Part shown: positions 15,693 through 29,125 of the stretch, piece after piece | Numbering within the stretch: the first letter of the stretch is position 1 | Layout of the letters: the number at the start of each line of letters is the position of its first letter | NCBI RefSeq assembly: GCF_009914755.1 | Contig: NC_060927.1 | DNA: 64,000 nucleotides | Origin: the human T2T-CHM13v2.0 reference genome, Homo sapiens | Reading direction: 5' to 3' (one strand) | Notes under the pieces: generated by a model | What the model was told of the DNA's origin: nothing | The model's database searches: none | What the model saw: only the letters and a program-made list of their open reading frames with translations | Position numbers and translations under genes: made by a program

Positions 15693-16224
15693 CAGGCCAT
15701 GGCCACCTTGGGGCTGACCTTCCAGAGAGGAAGACAGACCGAAAGCAACTAAGCATGCCAAATAAATAAAATGATTGCCAATTATGGTAAGTACTAGGAG
15801 AGTAACAAACAGGGTACTGAAAGAGATCTACTTTATATATAGTTTCCAAGGATTTGAGCTCTGTAAAAATATAGTTTTATTTAAACCAGGTAAAATTTCA
15901 ACCAAGATAGCAAGAGAAAAGGTAGATTAAACTCCACTGATGAAGTCAGGTATGCTTGCCTCTGGAATTAATTTCATTCCTGTTATCTTTTTTGAGAAGC
16001 AGAATTTTCCTGGGTTTGTGTCCTCTGCAATAGATACATTTAGCATTTTTCATTTTATTGGTAACCTAGACACATTTACTTTGGAACACAAATGCTAGAA
16101 TTTTAAAAATAAAATTATTTTACTTTACTTACTTATGGACATATATCTGGGAGGTTGAATGTAACGAGCTATTGTCTTTGATGGAAATCATAAGCAACTT
16201 TATTCCTTATTGGTTTATTGTCTA

Positions 16225-16350
16225 TCTTTATTAGCTGGAGTAAAAGTTCAATGAGGGAAGGGAATTTGTTTTGTTTGCTGATACATTCTCAGCTCTTAGA
16301 ATACTGTCTGGTATACAATAGGTGCTTACTATTGATTGAATGAATGTATG
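16225..16350 (+). mobile_element. L2 3' end
   Basis: CTGGTATACAATAGGTGCTT...TTGAATGAATG. Confidence 0.65.
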
Positions 16351-16479
16351 ATAGACATATTATTTTGTATTCTGTTTCTACATAGACTCTTTTCCCTAGC
16401 ACTCATTTCATTTGATCAATCTTTAATGTCTGCTAACTTTTTAAAAAATCACTTTTTTGTACCACAGCCATTCTTTGGA

Positions 16480-16870
16480 CATTTACATGTTTTCCATATG
16501 TTTACAATGACCCACAAAATACTGAAATAATGTTTTGTGCATATTAACTTTTTAATTTCCTTTGCATTATCTCCTTAGTGTAAATTTGAAGGATTGGGCC
16601 AAAGAGTATTAACATCATCATCACTCTTCCTCCATGTTGTCATTTCCAAAAGGGTAGGGACAGTTTTCAGTGGATGAGTATACCTGTTTCACTTCAAACT
16701 CAAACTCATTAGCATTAGTGGTTATGTTTAAAATATGTATTTTTAGAAGGTGAAAATAGAGAATCTAACATGCTTTTATTTAATGTCTCTTGATGTTGTA
16801 TATATTTTTGCATTCATTTATTAATTTTATTTTCTCTGTCGTGAGCTGTCTGCTTATACACTTTGCTCAG
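16480..16870 (-). mobile_element. Old L1ME fragment
   Basis: Antisense ORF2 C-terminal pattern (ATTGGGCCAAAGAGTAT, TCCAAAAGG, GAGCTGTCTGCTTATA). Confidence 0.45.
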
Positions 16871-17839
16871 TAGAGCTGCTTGTTGAGTTATTCAATTCCT
16901 AAGTTCTGGGCAGAATATTGACATCTGGGTTTTAAAAAACTTTCTCCTAGGTACTGAGGTTGTCCCACATGGCAGTTTCAGGCGCAATTCTTCTGGAGAT
17001 GACAAAGGGCAGGAAGGTGCTTCAGGTACGTGGGGAGGTGCTCTTTGTCGTTCACACCCATGCACTGAGGATTTCTCTGCCTGATACAGAGAGCCTCATG
17101 GAGCCACCATTGGTAATATTCCCTCTTTCAACTACCTGCCACATGCCAGGCTGTTGCATTTGCTGCTATATACATGGAAAAATAAAATTCTGATTATAAT
17201 ATATTATAAGTATGATTAAAATAGGATGCAGTGAGAGACAATAATGAAGAAGACATGTGTATTTGGAAGACTTACTTAGATCAGGAAGCCTCTCTCAGGA
17301 AGTGACCTTTTACTCAAAGCCTGGAGGGAAAAGATATCCACAAGCTATTGACGATATCATATTTCCAATAGAGGCAGAGTGTAAAATGCCATTATTGTAA
17401 CCTATCGGAGCAGCCTGTTCAGCTGAGCTGTAACAGCCTCTGGGTCTGAAAGTTGCTTTCATTTTGGTTTCACTCACGAAGACTGTGCTAAAATCAGAGG
17501 GATGAAAGAATAATGTTCCTCCTTAAGTTCCTAACATGCCTGGCCACTTAGTGGGGTAAAGGAAATATCTATGCTTGTTTGAGGATCAAATAAAAAGATA
17601 ATTACTATGTGTCGTTTTTCCCATTCTTTGCATATGATTGTAATAATTACAATAATTAGAGTTCAGCGGGACTCACTCTCTCCTGATTTTACAGATCATG
17701 CTGTAGGAGCTGCTAACACAGCATGATACAAAATGCAGTCATAGTGCAGTCTGCGTAAAGGCAATCACAAGTCACATAAACACTGCATAAAGAGCTCCTA
17801 TCTATACACAGTATCTCCTACTATACACAGGAAACATGA

Positions 17840-18156
<317 letters not shown>

Positions 18157-18592
18157 GAAAATCAGCATCTTATAGCTGACATTGTTTGTTTGGCTTTCTA
18201 ACTTTGACCACTACTTCCACCATACTAGCTTATCCATTTAAGTTTATTTTTAATAAAGGGACACTCGGGGGCCCAGTCTTCTTTAGAGGCAAGAAGAATT
18301 TAAAGCCGTCTTGCTGTTACTGTTCATTTAAATAATTCTCAAAAGTCCACATTGCAACGAAGTAAGAATACACAGCCATGTGTACAACAGGAGCGTTTAT
18401 TTTCTGAACAGTTAGGAGTTTATTTCACCTTCTGCATGTAACCCTCTAAAATGCCCTGTAATTTCTACGGAAGCATGCACTTATAGTCCATTGCCAGAAA
18501 AAAAAATAGTCTTACTAGTAGTTCACTGCAGACAGAGTCCAGGATGTGATGCGCAACTTTTTTGTTTTGTTTTTACTATTCTCACTGGGTTC

Positions 18593-18904
18593 TTTTTTTT
18601 TTGTGGGGGGGTGGTTTGCTTGTCTTTTGAGAGGGAGTCTCGCTCTGTCACCAGGCTGGAGTGCAGTGGTGTGTTATCTGGGCTCACTGCAAACTCCGCC
18701 TCCCAGGTTCAAGCAATTCTCCTGCCTCAGCCTCCCAAGTAGCTGGTAGGCATGCACCACCATACCCCAGTAATTTTTGTATTTTTAGTAGAGACGGGGT
18801 TTCACCATGTTGGCCAGGATGGTCTCGATCTCTTGACCTCATGATCCGCCCACCTCCTCCTCCCGAAGTGCTGGGATTACAGGCGTGAGCCACCACGCCC
18901 GGCC
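18593..18904 (-). mobile_element. AluSc
   Basis: CTGTCACCAGG and CGATCTCTTGACCTC diagnostics; TSD CTCACTGGG(T/C)TCTTT at 18581 and 18905. Confidence 0.93.
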
Positions 18905-20369
18905 CTCACTGGGCTCTTTTAACCTGAGTCAGCCTTAGGACCTTTCTCCCTTGGTCTTCCTCCTTCTTTTCTACCCTTCCAACTTCCCGTGTGGTCAAAA
19001 CTGAGGAAACCACTGCTCCTTGGTCCACCCTGGGGCAATGAGGAATCAGAGCTGGTGGCACCTCACAGCCCTCCATGGGATTTGGCTTAAATTTTTCAGC
19101 TTCTTTGGAGTGGAATGTTTGTTCTATAAAACCAGCCTCTCTGGTGCTAAGAATGATCAACCTCATAGCACAACTTTGATGTAATTATGCCCCAAAGGGC
19201 CTCATCCACAAAGGAGGAGGCTAAGAAGGAAAGAAAGGGTGCAGAGAATAGAGAGCCTGGATCAGTCTCAGATGATCTGCCAGGGTTCTTGCAATCAGTT
19301 TATTCCAGGGTAAACCTCACATAGCCACTTCACCAGAAATGCATCCTCACTAGAAAATGCTTTCTACACAAATAAAAGATAAACAAAGTTCTAACCTAGC
19401 AAAGAAATTTAGTGAGGCAAGGACTACCAAGTTACCTGAACAATTAATAAAAATGGCCTGGGCTCTTTTCTTTTCCCAGGTTCTCTGTAATATGTATAAA
19501 AGAAATTATGAGTCCAATGATGACACATAGTTTTACTCTGTAGATGGGAAGAAAGCTTATTTATTCTCAGGAGCTGCTATTTGTCAGTGTGAAAGGCTAG
19601 TTGACCATTTTAGTTGCACTGATACAGCATTGTTAACTTGACAGCAAAAGTAGCTATGACAGCTTTCCCACACTCTGCCCAGCTCTCCAGGAGTTCTCTC
19701 ACTGCAGACATTTAGTGGAGTTCTGAATGACTCATTCTCATAAAAAAAAAATAAGCCAGACACTGAGCTGGATTAGAGTTTTAATTCTTTCAAGTTTGAT
19801 CTGTCATGAAGAAATAAATGTATGGGTGGCACTGTTCAAACCTTAACATCTTGCTGCATGAATACTAACTCTTGCAAAATAAAAGTTGTTTGTCTAAATG
19901 GTCTAAATATGTGTGTATGAATGCCTAATTTCTTCGATTTTTCCTGAAAATGGCATTTTAAAGTTACATCATGGCTAAGAATTTGTACCCATTTCTCTTA
20001 TAATTATTTTAATTACAGTAGCTATAATCGTTGCTTTTCAAAGAGACAGCCAACAAGGCTTTATATCAAGCTTTTACTCCGGGAAATGAAGAACTTTTTC
20101 CTTTGTAAACTATATAAAAAGATGCTACATATTATGTACCGAGAAAAAGAGTAGCTTTTTTTCTCCCCAAAGTGCCAAAGCATCTCTTTTATCTCCTGGC
20201 ATCCTCTCAAGCTCATTATTGCTTTAACATTTGAACTTGTCACCTCTCCAAACTCATCTAGTCGCATTTCATCATCTTAGACAAACCTTAAGACTTTCTA
20301 AAGCTCCTTTGGATTTTATATAAAATCTCATTCTTTGAGATTCAGGAGCTTCTTTAAAGCTATTTTTAG

Positions 20370-20758
<389 letters not shown>

Positions 20759-22689
20759 TCATATTTCAATTTTCATGAAAATTTTTATTTGCTTCCAACT
20801 TTGTCTCTGTTACAAGCTTCTTTTTTCTCCCTTGACCCTAAGCCTGTGAGGGGATGTTAATCTTCCTTAATACCTCATTGGGAAGAAAATGTAAAAGTTT
20901 CTGGGGTGGCAGCATTTTCAATATTGGATGCTACTGAGAAATATGGTTAGATTTGGAAAGGCTCAACTTACTGAATTGGCAGCTCTTCTACTATCTGAAT
21001 TTATTTTTTCTTCCTTGCTCACCTTTGGAGATCTTTCCCCCTCAAACTTTTCCTTTTATGTAACTTGTAGGCTTTTTGAGAACAATCCTGTGAATTACTG
21101 GAGCTGTACTTATACCTTGAAGGTAAAGGAGAGACTGACTTTAAATGTGTTCCTTCAGTTGCCCCCCAGTTAGGCCTTCCTCCTGGCAGGGCCCCAGTCC
21201 TGCTAGGCTCAGTATTGCTGAAGCAGAATCCAGTGTATCCATCCTATGTGGTCTGCAGAAGACATTTCATTTTCAAAGGACCGTTGCTGGGTCCAGAGCC
21301 TTTCACGTGGAGGCTATTCTGTTGCACAGCTGGAACAATTTGCCTCACAAAGAGCAGCCCTCATTTGCTTAACACTTGCTCCCTTCTGTATTACGTGTTT
21401 AAATAGATTAGAAGAGCATTCCTCTCTGTGCCAGGTCATCTCTCAATTTAGATAGAAGAAGACCCCTTTCAAAGCTGCTCTGAAGATGTGACAGTATCAG
21501 CTAGAAAACCAAAGGCCTAGCTAGGTTTCTTCCTCAAATTGCCACTAAAGTAAAGCATCTTAGGATTCTTTGGTGAAAATAAAGAGGGGTCTAAGTTCAA
21601 AGAACTGTATCTGGAGGGAATGGAAACACATCTAATGAGTGACAACATTTCACTCTTACCTGAGAAATTGAGAGAACATTTCATCTGTGGGCAGAGATCT
21701 CTTCCTGAGCAGGGATAAGGCCTGGCAGACCACTCCAAATACCTGTGGAAGCCTTATGAATAGTTTCGAGAAGTCACTAATGGTCAATAAATGCTGCCTT
21801 GCTTACAAAGATTTTCACTTCCCTTCCCAAGTATCCCCAACTCCTTCTTTGATTTATTATGTAAACATCTGCTGTGGAAACACTGTAATTTCTCTTCATA
21901 GAATTAGACTTTCATAAGAATGAAAAACAAAGGATTACAGAAGAGAAGCAAAGTGCGACACATTTCTTTAAAACTCATTTTTTGATTCTTACTAGGATTT
22001 CTTTCAGTTGGAGCCCTTAGGATGTGTTTATTTTATATACCCAGTCAACATTCCATTACAGCATTTCTACACTTTGCAGAGACTTTTCTAAGGAAATTAG
22101 AAAGAAATAGAGAACATGGTCCTAATTTCCCCCTACTATCTGTAAGTGGAAAGTACGTCTGAAATGGTTTGAAGTAAGCATATCACTACAAGGGCTTCCT
22201 TGTGCCATTCAAGTAGATTAAGCTCTGCAGTGGCTTAGATACTCCCAAACTTATGGAATCATAGGTTTTCTGTTATGTATTGAGGTCTTTAACAACCTCT
22301 CTCTCCCCTAGCTCCTCTGAGTTATTCTACCAGAGTTCAGATGCCCCAGGGGTCTCTGGTCCCTAGGCTAGATTTGGATCTCAGAGTGGACCCCTTAATT
22401 TGACAATGTGGGGGTGGTTTCAGTGGATAGTTGGATTGGGTTGTCAGCTTGGATTGGCAGCACAATGCAAATTAAAGTATGTTGAATACTGTGCTAGAAC
22501 ATTGCTAATAAGTTATGTGATTCTGTAGGTTTGGGTGCTGGTACACACCTTGGTGACATTTTTTGGTAACATTAATACTATTTCCAAGGGTTTATATTAC
22601 TCATATTATTTTTAAAAATTTTCTTTGTTTCTCAAATTACAAAAATAATATGGGTTTGTGGTTAAAACGCAAATGATGTTCAGTTAGGG

Positions 22690-22755
22690 TTGTGTGTATG
22701 GGTGTGTGTGTGTGCGCGCTTGTGTTCAGGCATGTACCCATGTGCACATGTGCAT
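22690..22755. repeat. (TG)n-rich alternating purine/pyrimidine tract
   Basis: GTGTGTATGGGTGTGTGTGTGTGCGCGC...CATGTGCACATGTGCA. Confidence 0.7.
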
Positions 22756-23109
22756 CGTATCAAAGTTCAGCATCTTCCCATCTCAATCCCTTAAGTCTGA
22801 AGTGATCCATTCCACAACCTGCTGTATCTTTATACAACTATATTCAAGCATATAAGCATGAATGCATTGTTTGCGGTCCTTAAATTAGAATTATATTGTA
22901 CGCAATTTGCTTTTTTCACTTAATATCATGGACATCTCTGCAAGTCAGTAGTTAAGGGACTAACATCTTTATTTCTAATTTTTTAATTCATTCATAAACA
23001 CAGGTATTTTAATTTTACAGAAGTGGGATCACAACCCTTCCTGTAGGGAATTAGCTTTTCATTTTATTATAACTTCTATTATTATTATTAACATTATATT
23101 GATTTTCAT

Positions 23110-23300
23110 TTGCATAATGCTTTATAGATGACAAACTCCTGTCACATACACCATCTTATTTATGCTTAGACATTTTATCAGGTGGTTATTGTTAACTCTA
23201 TTGTAGTTGACCAGGAAGTGTAAAGAGGTTGAGGCTTTCCCTTCACCACAAAGCTGGCAAAGGTAGAGTCAAGATTAGGAGTTGGCCTGTCTTACTCATC
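23110..23300 (-). mobile_element. MIR SINE (decayed)
   Basis: AATGCTTTATAG..TCACATACACCATCTTATTT, AGAGGTTGAG..CACAAAGCTGG. Confidence 0.55.
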
Positions 23301-24049
23301 CATGCCTTTAGCGAGCATTTAACCTTCTGTTGATGTTTGAAAATGTTTGTGATGGGAAGGTAGGTAAACCCCTACTAAATACCATTCACCATACCAAACA
23401 ATTGTCAATATAATTTTTTAATTTCACCTGTAAACCTCTAGCAACATAGACATCACCTTATCTACCATAAGCGTTTGTTCTGCTATGCCTATTGTATAGA
23501 AATGTAAATTCTATGTTAATTTTTCACCTTAATTCTTAAAACGGATTCTTATCTACTAAACAGAAGCATTATTCCATTTAAATGGATTTCCACCTTCTAT
23601 TATTTGATTATAAACTCATTTTATCTACATTTTCTTGGACTGGGCTCAATTTGCTGTACATTAGTCCCAAAGCCCTAATGATTCATCTGACTCCAAGCGC
23701 ATTATTTCTCATTGCATCTTGCTTTTCACAATTTAACTTAGCCTGTAAACTGGCTTTCCATGCAGCCTCCAAATTAATAGCAGAAAAATAAACTTTTAAA
23801 GATGAAAACAAAGCTTGCCCTTGACCTCATGGAAAAATAAATATTGGTCTGAGAAATAGCTTGGCTACTGTCCTGATGGGTCCTCAGAGGCACTTTTCTT
23901 TTCCTATTTTGTCAATGCTAATACACAAAAAATTAATTAGAATGCTGAGTTTTATGTGTCCAACCACAGATATCCAGCCAGCAGTAGAAATTGAAACCTT
24001 TAGGCAAACATGTTGGTAATTAATGAAAAGCATATGCTTCCAGAGTGTA

Positions 24050-24260
24050 GGGTAGCATAGTGGAATCAGAATGGGTTGTGGAGATTGAGAGATTGGGGCA
24101 CTGGTTAAGTCTTTGACCTTGCAGAAGTTGATTAATTTCTATAAGCCTACTATTTTTTATTTGTAAAAATAGGGATAATGCTCATAGATTTGTTGGGAGA
24201 ATTAAATGATATAATGTGCAGTTGCCATTACAGTGTTTGGCATTTAGGAAATCTTCAGTA
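24050..24260 (+). mobile_element. MIR SINE
   Basis: TGACCTTGCAGAAGT..., TTGTAAAAATAGGGATAATG, TTGTTGGGAGAATTAAATGA. Confidence 0.7.
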
Positions 24261-24954
24261 GATGATAATAGCTGATTTTCAGCTGCTTTTTACCTACAAA
24301 ACAGCTATTTCTTACCTAATATAACACCTAGTATATCCATATACCTAATAAAACTATGTAATTAAAATTAAATTTAACCTTTTTAGCCAGGTTCATATAT
24401 AAGTACCTTTATTTTCTTTTTTGTCACTTGTTCTGACTATAAAATGAACCCACTTCTTCCTGTTTTGAAGATAAATTTTAGTATCAAAGTACTTTTAAAG
24501 ATTATTAATTCTTTCTGCTAAATTAGTAATAAGTTAGTACTTACATTATTAAGGTTTACCATCATAGTACACTGAACAAGTTAAAATATCTTCCTTCTAA
24601 CAAATGATTCAGGCATGAATTCAAATTTTGATAACATGACTTATGGTTCAATTGCTCAGTTTATTGTGTATTTTTCTTTCAGATTTTATGGCATTCAGTT
24701 AGCAAAATAAGGTCATTTAGTTTCAAAATTTGTTGTCTTTCACTTTCTAAACACTTTGAATCTGGACCTGAGGACTCAATGTTTTCTAAGTATTTATTTT
24801 GGTTTTAAACTGGATTTCAGTGCTTAATTTTGTTTGTTCACATTTAGAGTGATGGTAGAATCCTTGGAGAATGATAACTTTTGGCTACCTACTAATGCAT
24901 AGCATTTCAGAGAACAGAAGACTGTATTCCTGTTGTCAAAGAGTTTAGGATCAC

Positions 24955-25270
24955 TTATTTGTTTATAATGGGCCAGGTGCTATTTTAAGCACCAGCAACA
25001 GGGGTACACAAGACAGATGTCCTGGCCTTGATGAGCAAAGATTCTAGTTAGAGTGAAACAGAAGTCAACACATAAATAACCATATATAAAGGGCAATTTC
25101 AGACACTATATGTACCATATGAGGATCATATAGGGTAAAGTGGCATGAAGGGAAGGCCTCTCTTTGAATTAAAGCCTGAATTATACAGAAGCAGGCATGT
25201 GCCCATCCAGGAAACAGTGTTTCAAGCAGAAGAAAAAAACTGTACAATGCTTTGAAGTGGGACAAGATAG
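24955..25270 (-). mobile_element. L2 fragment
   Basis: GCCAGGTGCTATTTTAAGCAC, ACAAGACAGATGTCCTGGCCTT, GGGAAGGCCTCTCT. Confidence 0.6.
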
Positions 25271-27099
25271 TGGGCATAGGAATGAGTATACAAATGACTC
25301 TCACCAAAGAACAAAAATGTGCGTGAGCACTGTACATTTGAAAGTCGTTTTCAGACAGGTGAAGAGTGAGAAACCGAGAAAATACATTTGGATACTGTCT
25401 TCTTCACGGCACAACGTACTCAAGGTTAATGAATGACTGTTCAACGTTTCAACAGAAACATACGTTGGGCTATTTTCTATCCTAAGGGATATTTTACAAG
25501 GGCAGTGGAAGAAAAAGATTGTTTTTCCTAAAGGAGAAGACTAATATACTTATAGATGTGAAAACAGTTTCTATGTCATACGTATCTTTCATTTTAATTA
25601 ACTTCAACTGGAAATGAAAGGCCTGAATTTAAAGATTGTCTCTTTAGAGCTTAGGCCTATCACTTTAGCCAAGCTGCATTTTGGACACTGTATTCTTGGA
25701 ATTAAAAAGTCCACTAGAAAAACTCCCAAGATTGTTGAATGTCTTCGTTTTCTTCTCTAAATTGGCATTTTCTTCTCCAAATTATAAGATCATCACAATT
25801 TGGTGCTGTGAAATATGAAAATGAAGTCAGAAATATTGAAAACATAACTTTAAACTATTTTTTTTTCATTTCTGCTCCTCCCCTAATGAAAGACATATGT
25901 TTTAACTAGGTTAGTGCTTTTCCTGGATTTCCAATTATAGTACGTCTTCATTTTAGGTATGAACAGCTTACATTTTTGTTCCCTGAATTATGAGTTAAAA
26001 AAATAAGCACAGTTGTGCAATTCAGTCAGATTCTCAAATCTTTTTAAAGAAACAATGCCTCCGACACAGCACAGAAAGCAGAAGGGCTTTGGGTCTGCAT
26101 GGACGTTGTCATTAGTAGACCTTGTAACATGTCAAATTTTGAACATAAAGAACTTATTACAAGTAGTAATTATTTCTATAGATTCCTTGATAGGAGGGAA
26201 AGTTTTCACATCAAAACTGAATACAAACTGAAAGCAATTTCACCTATATTCCTTCCTCTACCTACATAGGAGAAATTAATTATCTGTGAAAAAAATTAAT
26301 AGCTCTCCTATTGTAATGCATCAAAGCATTATTAACTCATTTTCTTGTCTGAATTTTTGAATTCTCAACATTAGAATTTCTCATCAAGGTAGTTGAATAA
26401 TTGGCATTAGTAGAAATTGAAATTAATGTTAGATGCTACATTTCAAAGATTGTTTTGGTTGAAGATTTCCACGTTAGGTAATTAGGTATTCCCAAAGAAA
26501 TCCAGTGTCCTAAGTATTTTTTAAAAAATTAATTCATAAGAAATCAAAGGAGGGATCTAAAATAGTAACAAACATGTGGATACCTAAAATCAATATATCT
26601 GTGATTTACCTCTGGCTGTGGATGTGACACAAAGAACACAGAGAAGGCGTTTCCTAGGAAGTTGGAAGTCTGATACAGACAGGAAGAACTACATTTTATT
26701 TTGTGGTGCTAACTGGCAATTATAGAAGGTCACAGAAAATGAAAAGCATGGATATGTAACTGAATCTGTAAGAGTACTTTATTATCAGAAACATGAGAAA
26801 TGACTGTCATAAAAAATATTTAGTCCTGGTGCATAGAGTTTGGAGGATAAATTTTTGAATTTATTATGAAGCTGATTTTATTTTAAAATCAATCGAAACA
26901 ATATAAGAAGGTATAATAGAAAGTCTCACTTTTACCTTCTCCAATCCATCCTATTTTTTTCTCCTCAGGCCAAGAAACTATGTTTGCTATATATTTATCC
27001 CTCCATAGTTTCTTTTTGCAAATTTAAGCAAATACAACTATATATTCATTCATATTTCCCCTTTCTTACTATTGTGAAGTATTTTATGAGTGGTATATT

Positions 27100-27270
27100 A
27101 TGTTTCATGCTTATGAGACATATATACATGGCATATCATTAATGTATCTTCAATGGTAACAATAAAGTAAGTGATATTTTCAACATTTTACATATGAAGA
27201 AACTGAGGCTCAAGGGAGTTTAAACATGCCCCAAGGTCATACATTGTTAGAGGCAGGATTTAAAGTCTCT
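27100..27270 (-). mobile_element. MIR SINE
   Basis: CATTTTACATATGAAGAAACTGAGGCTCA...CCCAAGGTCATAC. Confidence 0.8.
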
Positions 27271-27306
27271 TTTTTTGCACTAGTAATATTTTTTGGTATA
27301 ACCTTA

Positions 27307-27347
27307 GCAATTACTTTTAATGGCAAAAACCACAATTACTTTTGCAC
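27307..27347. mobile_element. MADE1 (Hsmar1-derived MITE) half element
   Basis: ATTACTTTTAATGGCAAAAACCACAATTACTTTTGCAC matches the MADE1 centre plus most of one TIR. Confidence 0.85.
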
Positions 27348-28719
27348 TTCTGTACTGAAATGTCTGGACAGAATTCTGTAGCTCTTAAATAACTAATGCT
27401 ATTTTCATTGTATTTGAAGAACTTCATGGAATGTTTAATCTTTTAATTTTCAAAATTAAAATGACTTTTTCTTGGCTAATATTATTTTATAAAAAAGATA
27501 GTAAAACACATGTTAAACCCAACTTTCCAGGTAAAGTCACTGTTTACATCTTGGTATCTACCCTCCTAAACTGTTTTGTGTGTAAAGTGATGTCACACCA
27601 TGCAGTGTTTAAGAGGAGCTGCGGATTGACTTGCAGTGATCTCTCTCTCACACACATGCACACTGTAGTTCTCCATTTCGTTACCCAAGAATGCAGAAAC
27701 ATATTGGAGGTTGGGTGTTCACAATGGGCAGGGCAAGCACAACATTTCCTGTTTTTTCCCTGACCTCAAGTTCCTTAGTGGGATGCACAGCCACCAGTGA
27801 TAATGTCCATACACGGTGGAATCCTGCATCCTCTTAGGAAACCACAGAACTTTTTCTGTTCTAATTGTTTTTGTAGGGCCCACACCATTCCAGAATAGCT
27901 TCTACTAATAATCTACATGCTGCCACTTAAGCAAAGGTCTAGAGATATATCAGTTCTTTGATGTATGGTTATACATAGCTGCTGTGAGTTTGTAAGTTTA
28001 TAAGGGGTCACCTGTAAGTTTATCTAGCATAATTTCCATTATTTATCCCTTTTGAACATCATGATATACTTATGACCTTTCATAGACCCAAATAATTCCA
28101 GTCTACAGCTATGAACAATTGATTTTTGATCCACATTCATAGTCATCACATTTTGGCCAATGAAAGAAATTTTGAAAGTATTTTTGCTGTCTTTTCACTA
28201 GATTTGCCAGCCCCAGCTTGAGCTATCCCATCCCAGAAACAGAATCAGTTTCTAGAAATTAAATGTGGATATTAGGATTGCATATTATGTTGTGTTGTAT
28301 GAGCAGGGGATAGAGCCTAATGACAAAGGCCTCCAGGCTTTTAGTGATAGAACAGACATTTATGTTTCTTTCAATATGAATGAATTAACGTTGCTATGTC
28401 ATATTTATCACTTTAAAATGTTACTTAAAATGATTGTTCATTAATGCAATTTGCTATTGTTTTGAGCTACATTTTAACCTTTGATCACTAGCTTTGGTAT
28501 TTCTCCCTATATATATTGTCTTACCAAATTGTGTGTTTAAATTTCTATGCTACCCCAAGTTTACTTTCTTTTGAATTTTTGGCTCAAGCATCCTGAGAAT
28601 TTAGTGTGCAGATCTCATTTTTCCCCTGTGTGAGGCATCACTAGAACAACAACTGCCTAAAGAAGAAAATCAGGCCAACTTATTTCCAAGGGGAATACTA
28701 AAGCAATAAAAAGTCTGGT

Positions 28720-29125
28720 CCAAGAGGCGAAACTCTCAAGACAGTAGAAAGATTGATGGATGAGAATGGCTTGGGAAGAGTGAGGAAGGGAGGGATGACT
28801 ACTAGTTTGAGCACAGAGGATTTTTAGAGCAGTGAAACTGATCTGTATAATACCGTAATAGTATGATACATGAAGACACATGCCATTATGCACTTGTCAA
28901 AACCCATAGAATGTGCATCAAGAGTGAATCCTAATATAAACTATGGACTTTAGGTAGTAATAATATATCAATATTGGCTTATTAGTCATTAACAAAGGTA
29001 CTACACTAACAAAAGATATTAACAATAGGGGCAACTGGGTGGGGAGACATGGACAAGAAGGATATATATGGGAATTTTCTGTACTTTTTGCTCAAGTTTT
29101 AAATAAACCTAAAATTATGAAATAA
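28720..29125 (+). mobile_element. L1MC-type 3' end
   Basis: AGCACAGAGGATTTTTAGAGCAGTGAAACT, GTCAAAACCCATAGAATGT, AAGAGTGAATCCTAATATAAACTATGGACTTT. Confidence 0.85.

Noticed and set aside
25364-25423. Possible + strand micro-exon (TTTTCAG...CAAG|GTTAAT), and similar ones at 34621-34668 and 49865-49896
   Set aside because: At least one weak splice site each and no linking frame; expected by chance in 64 kb.
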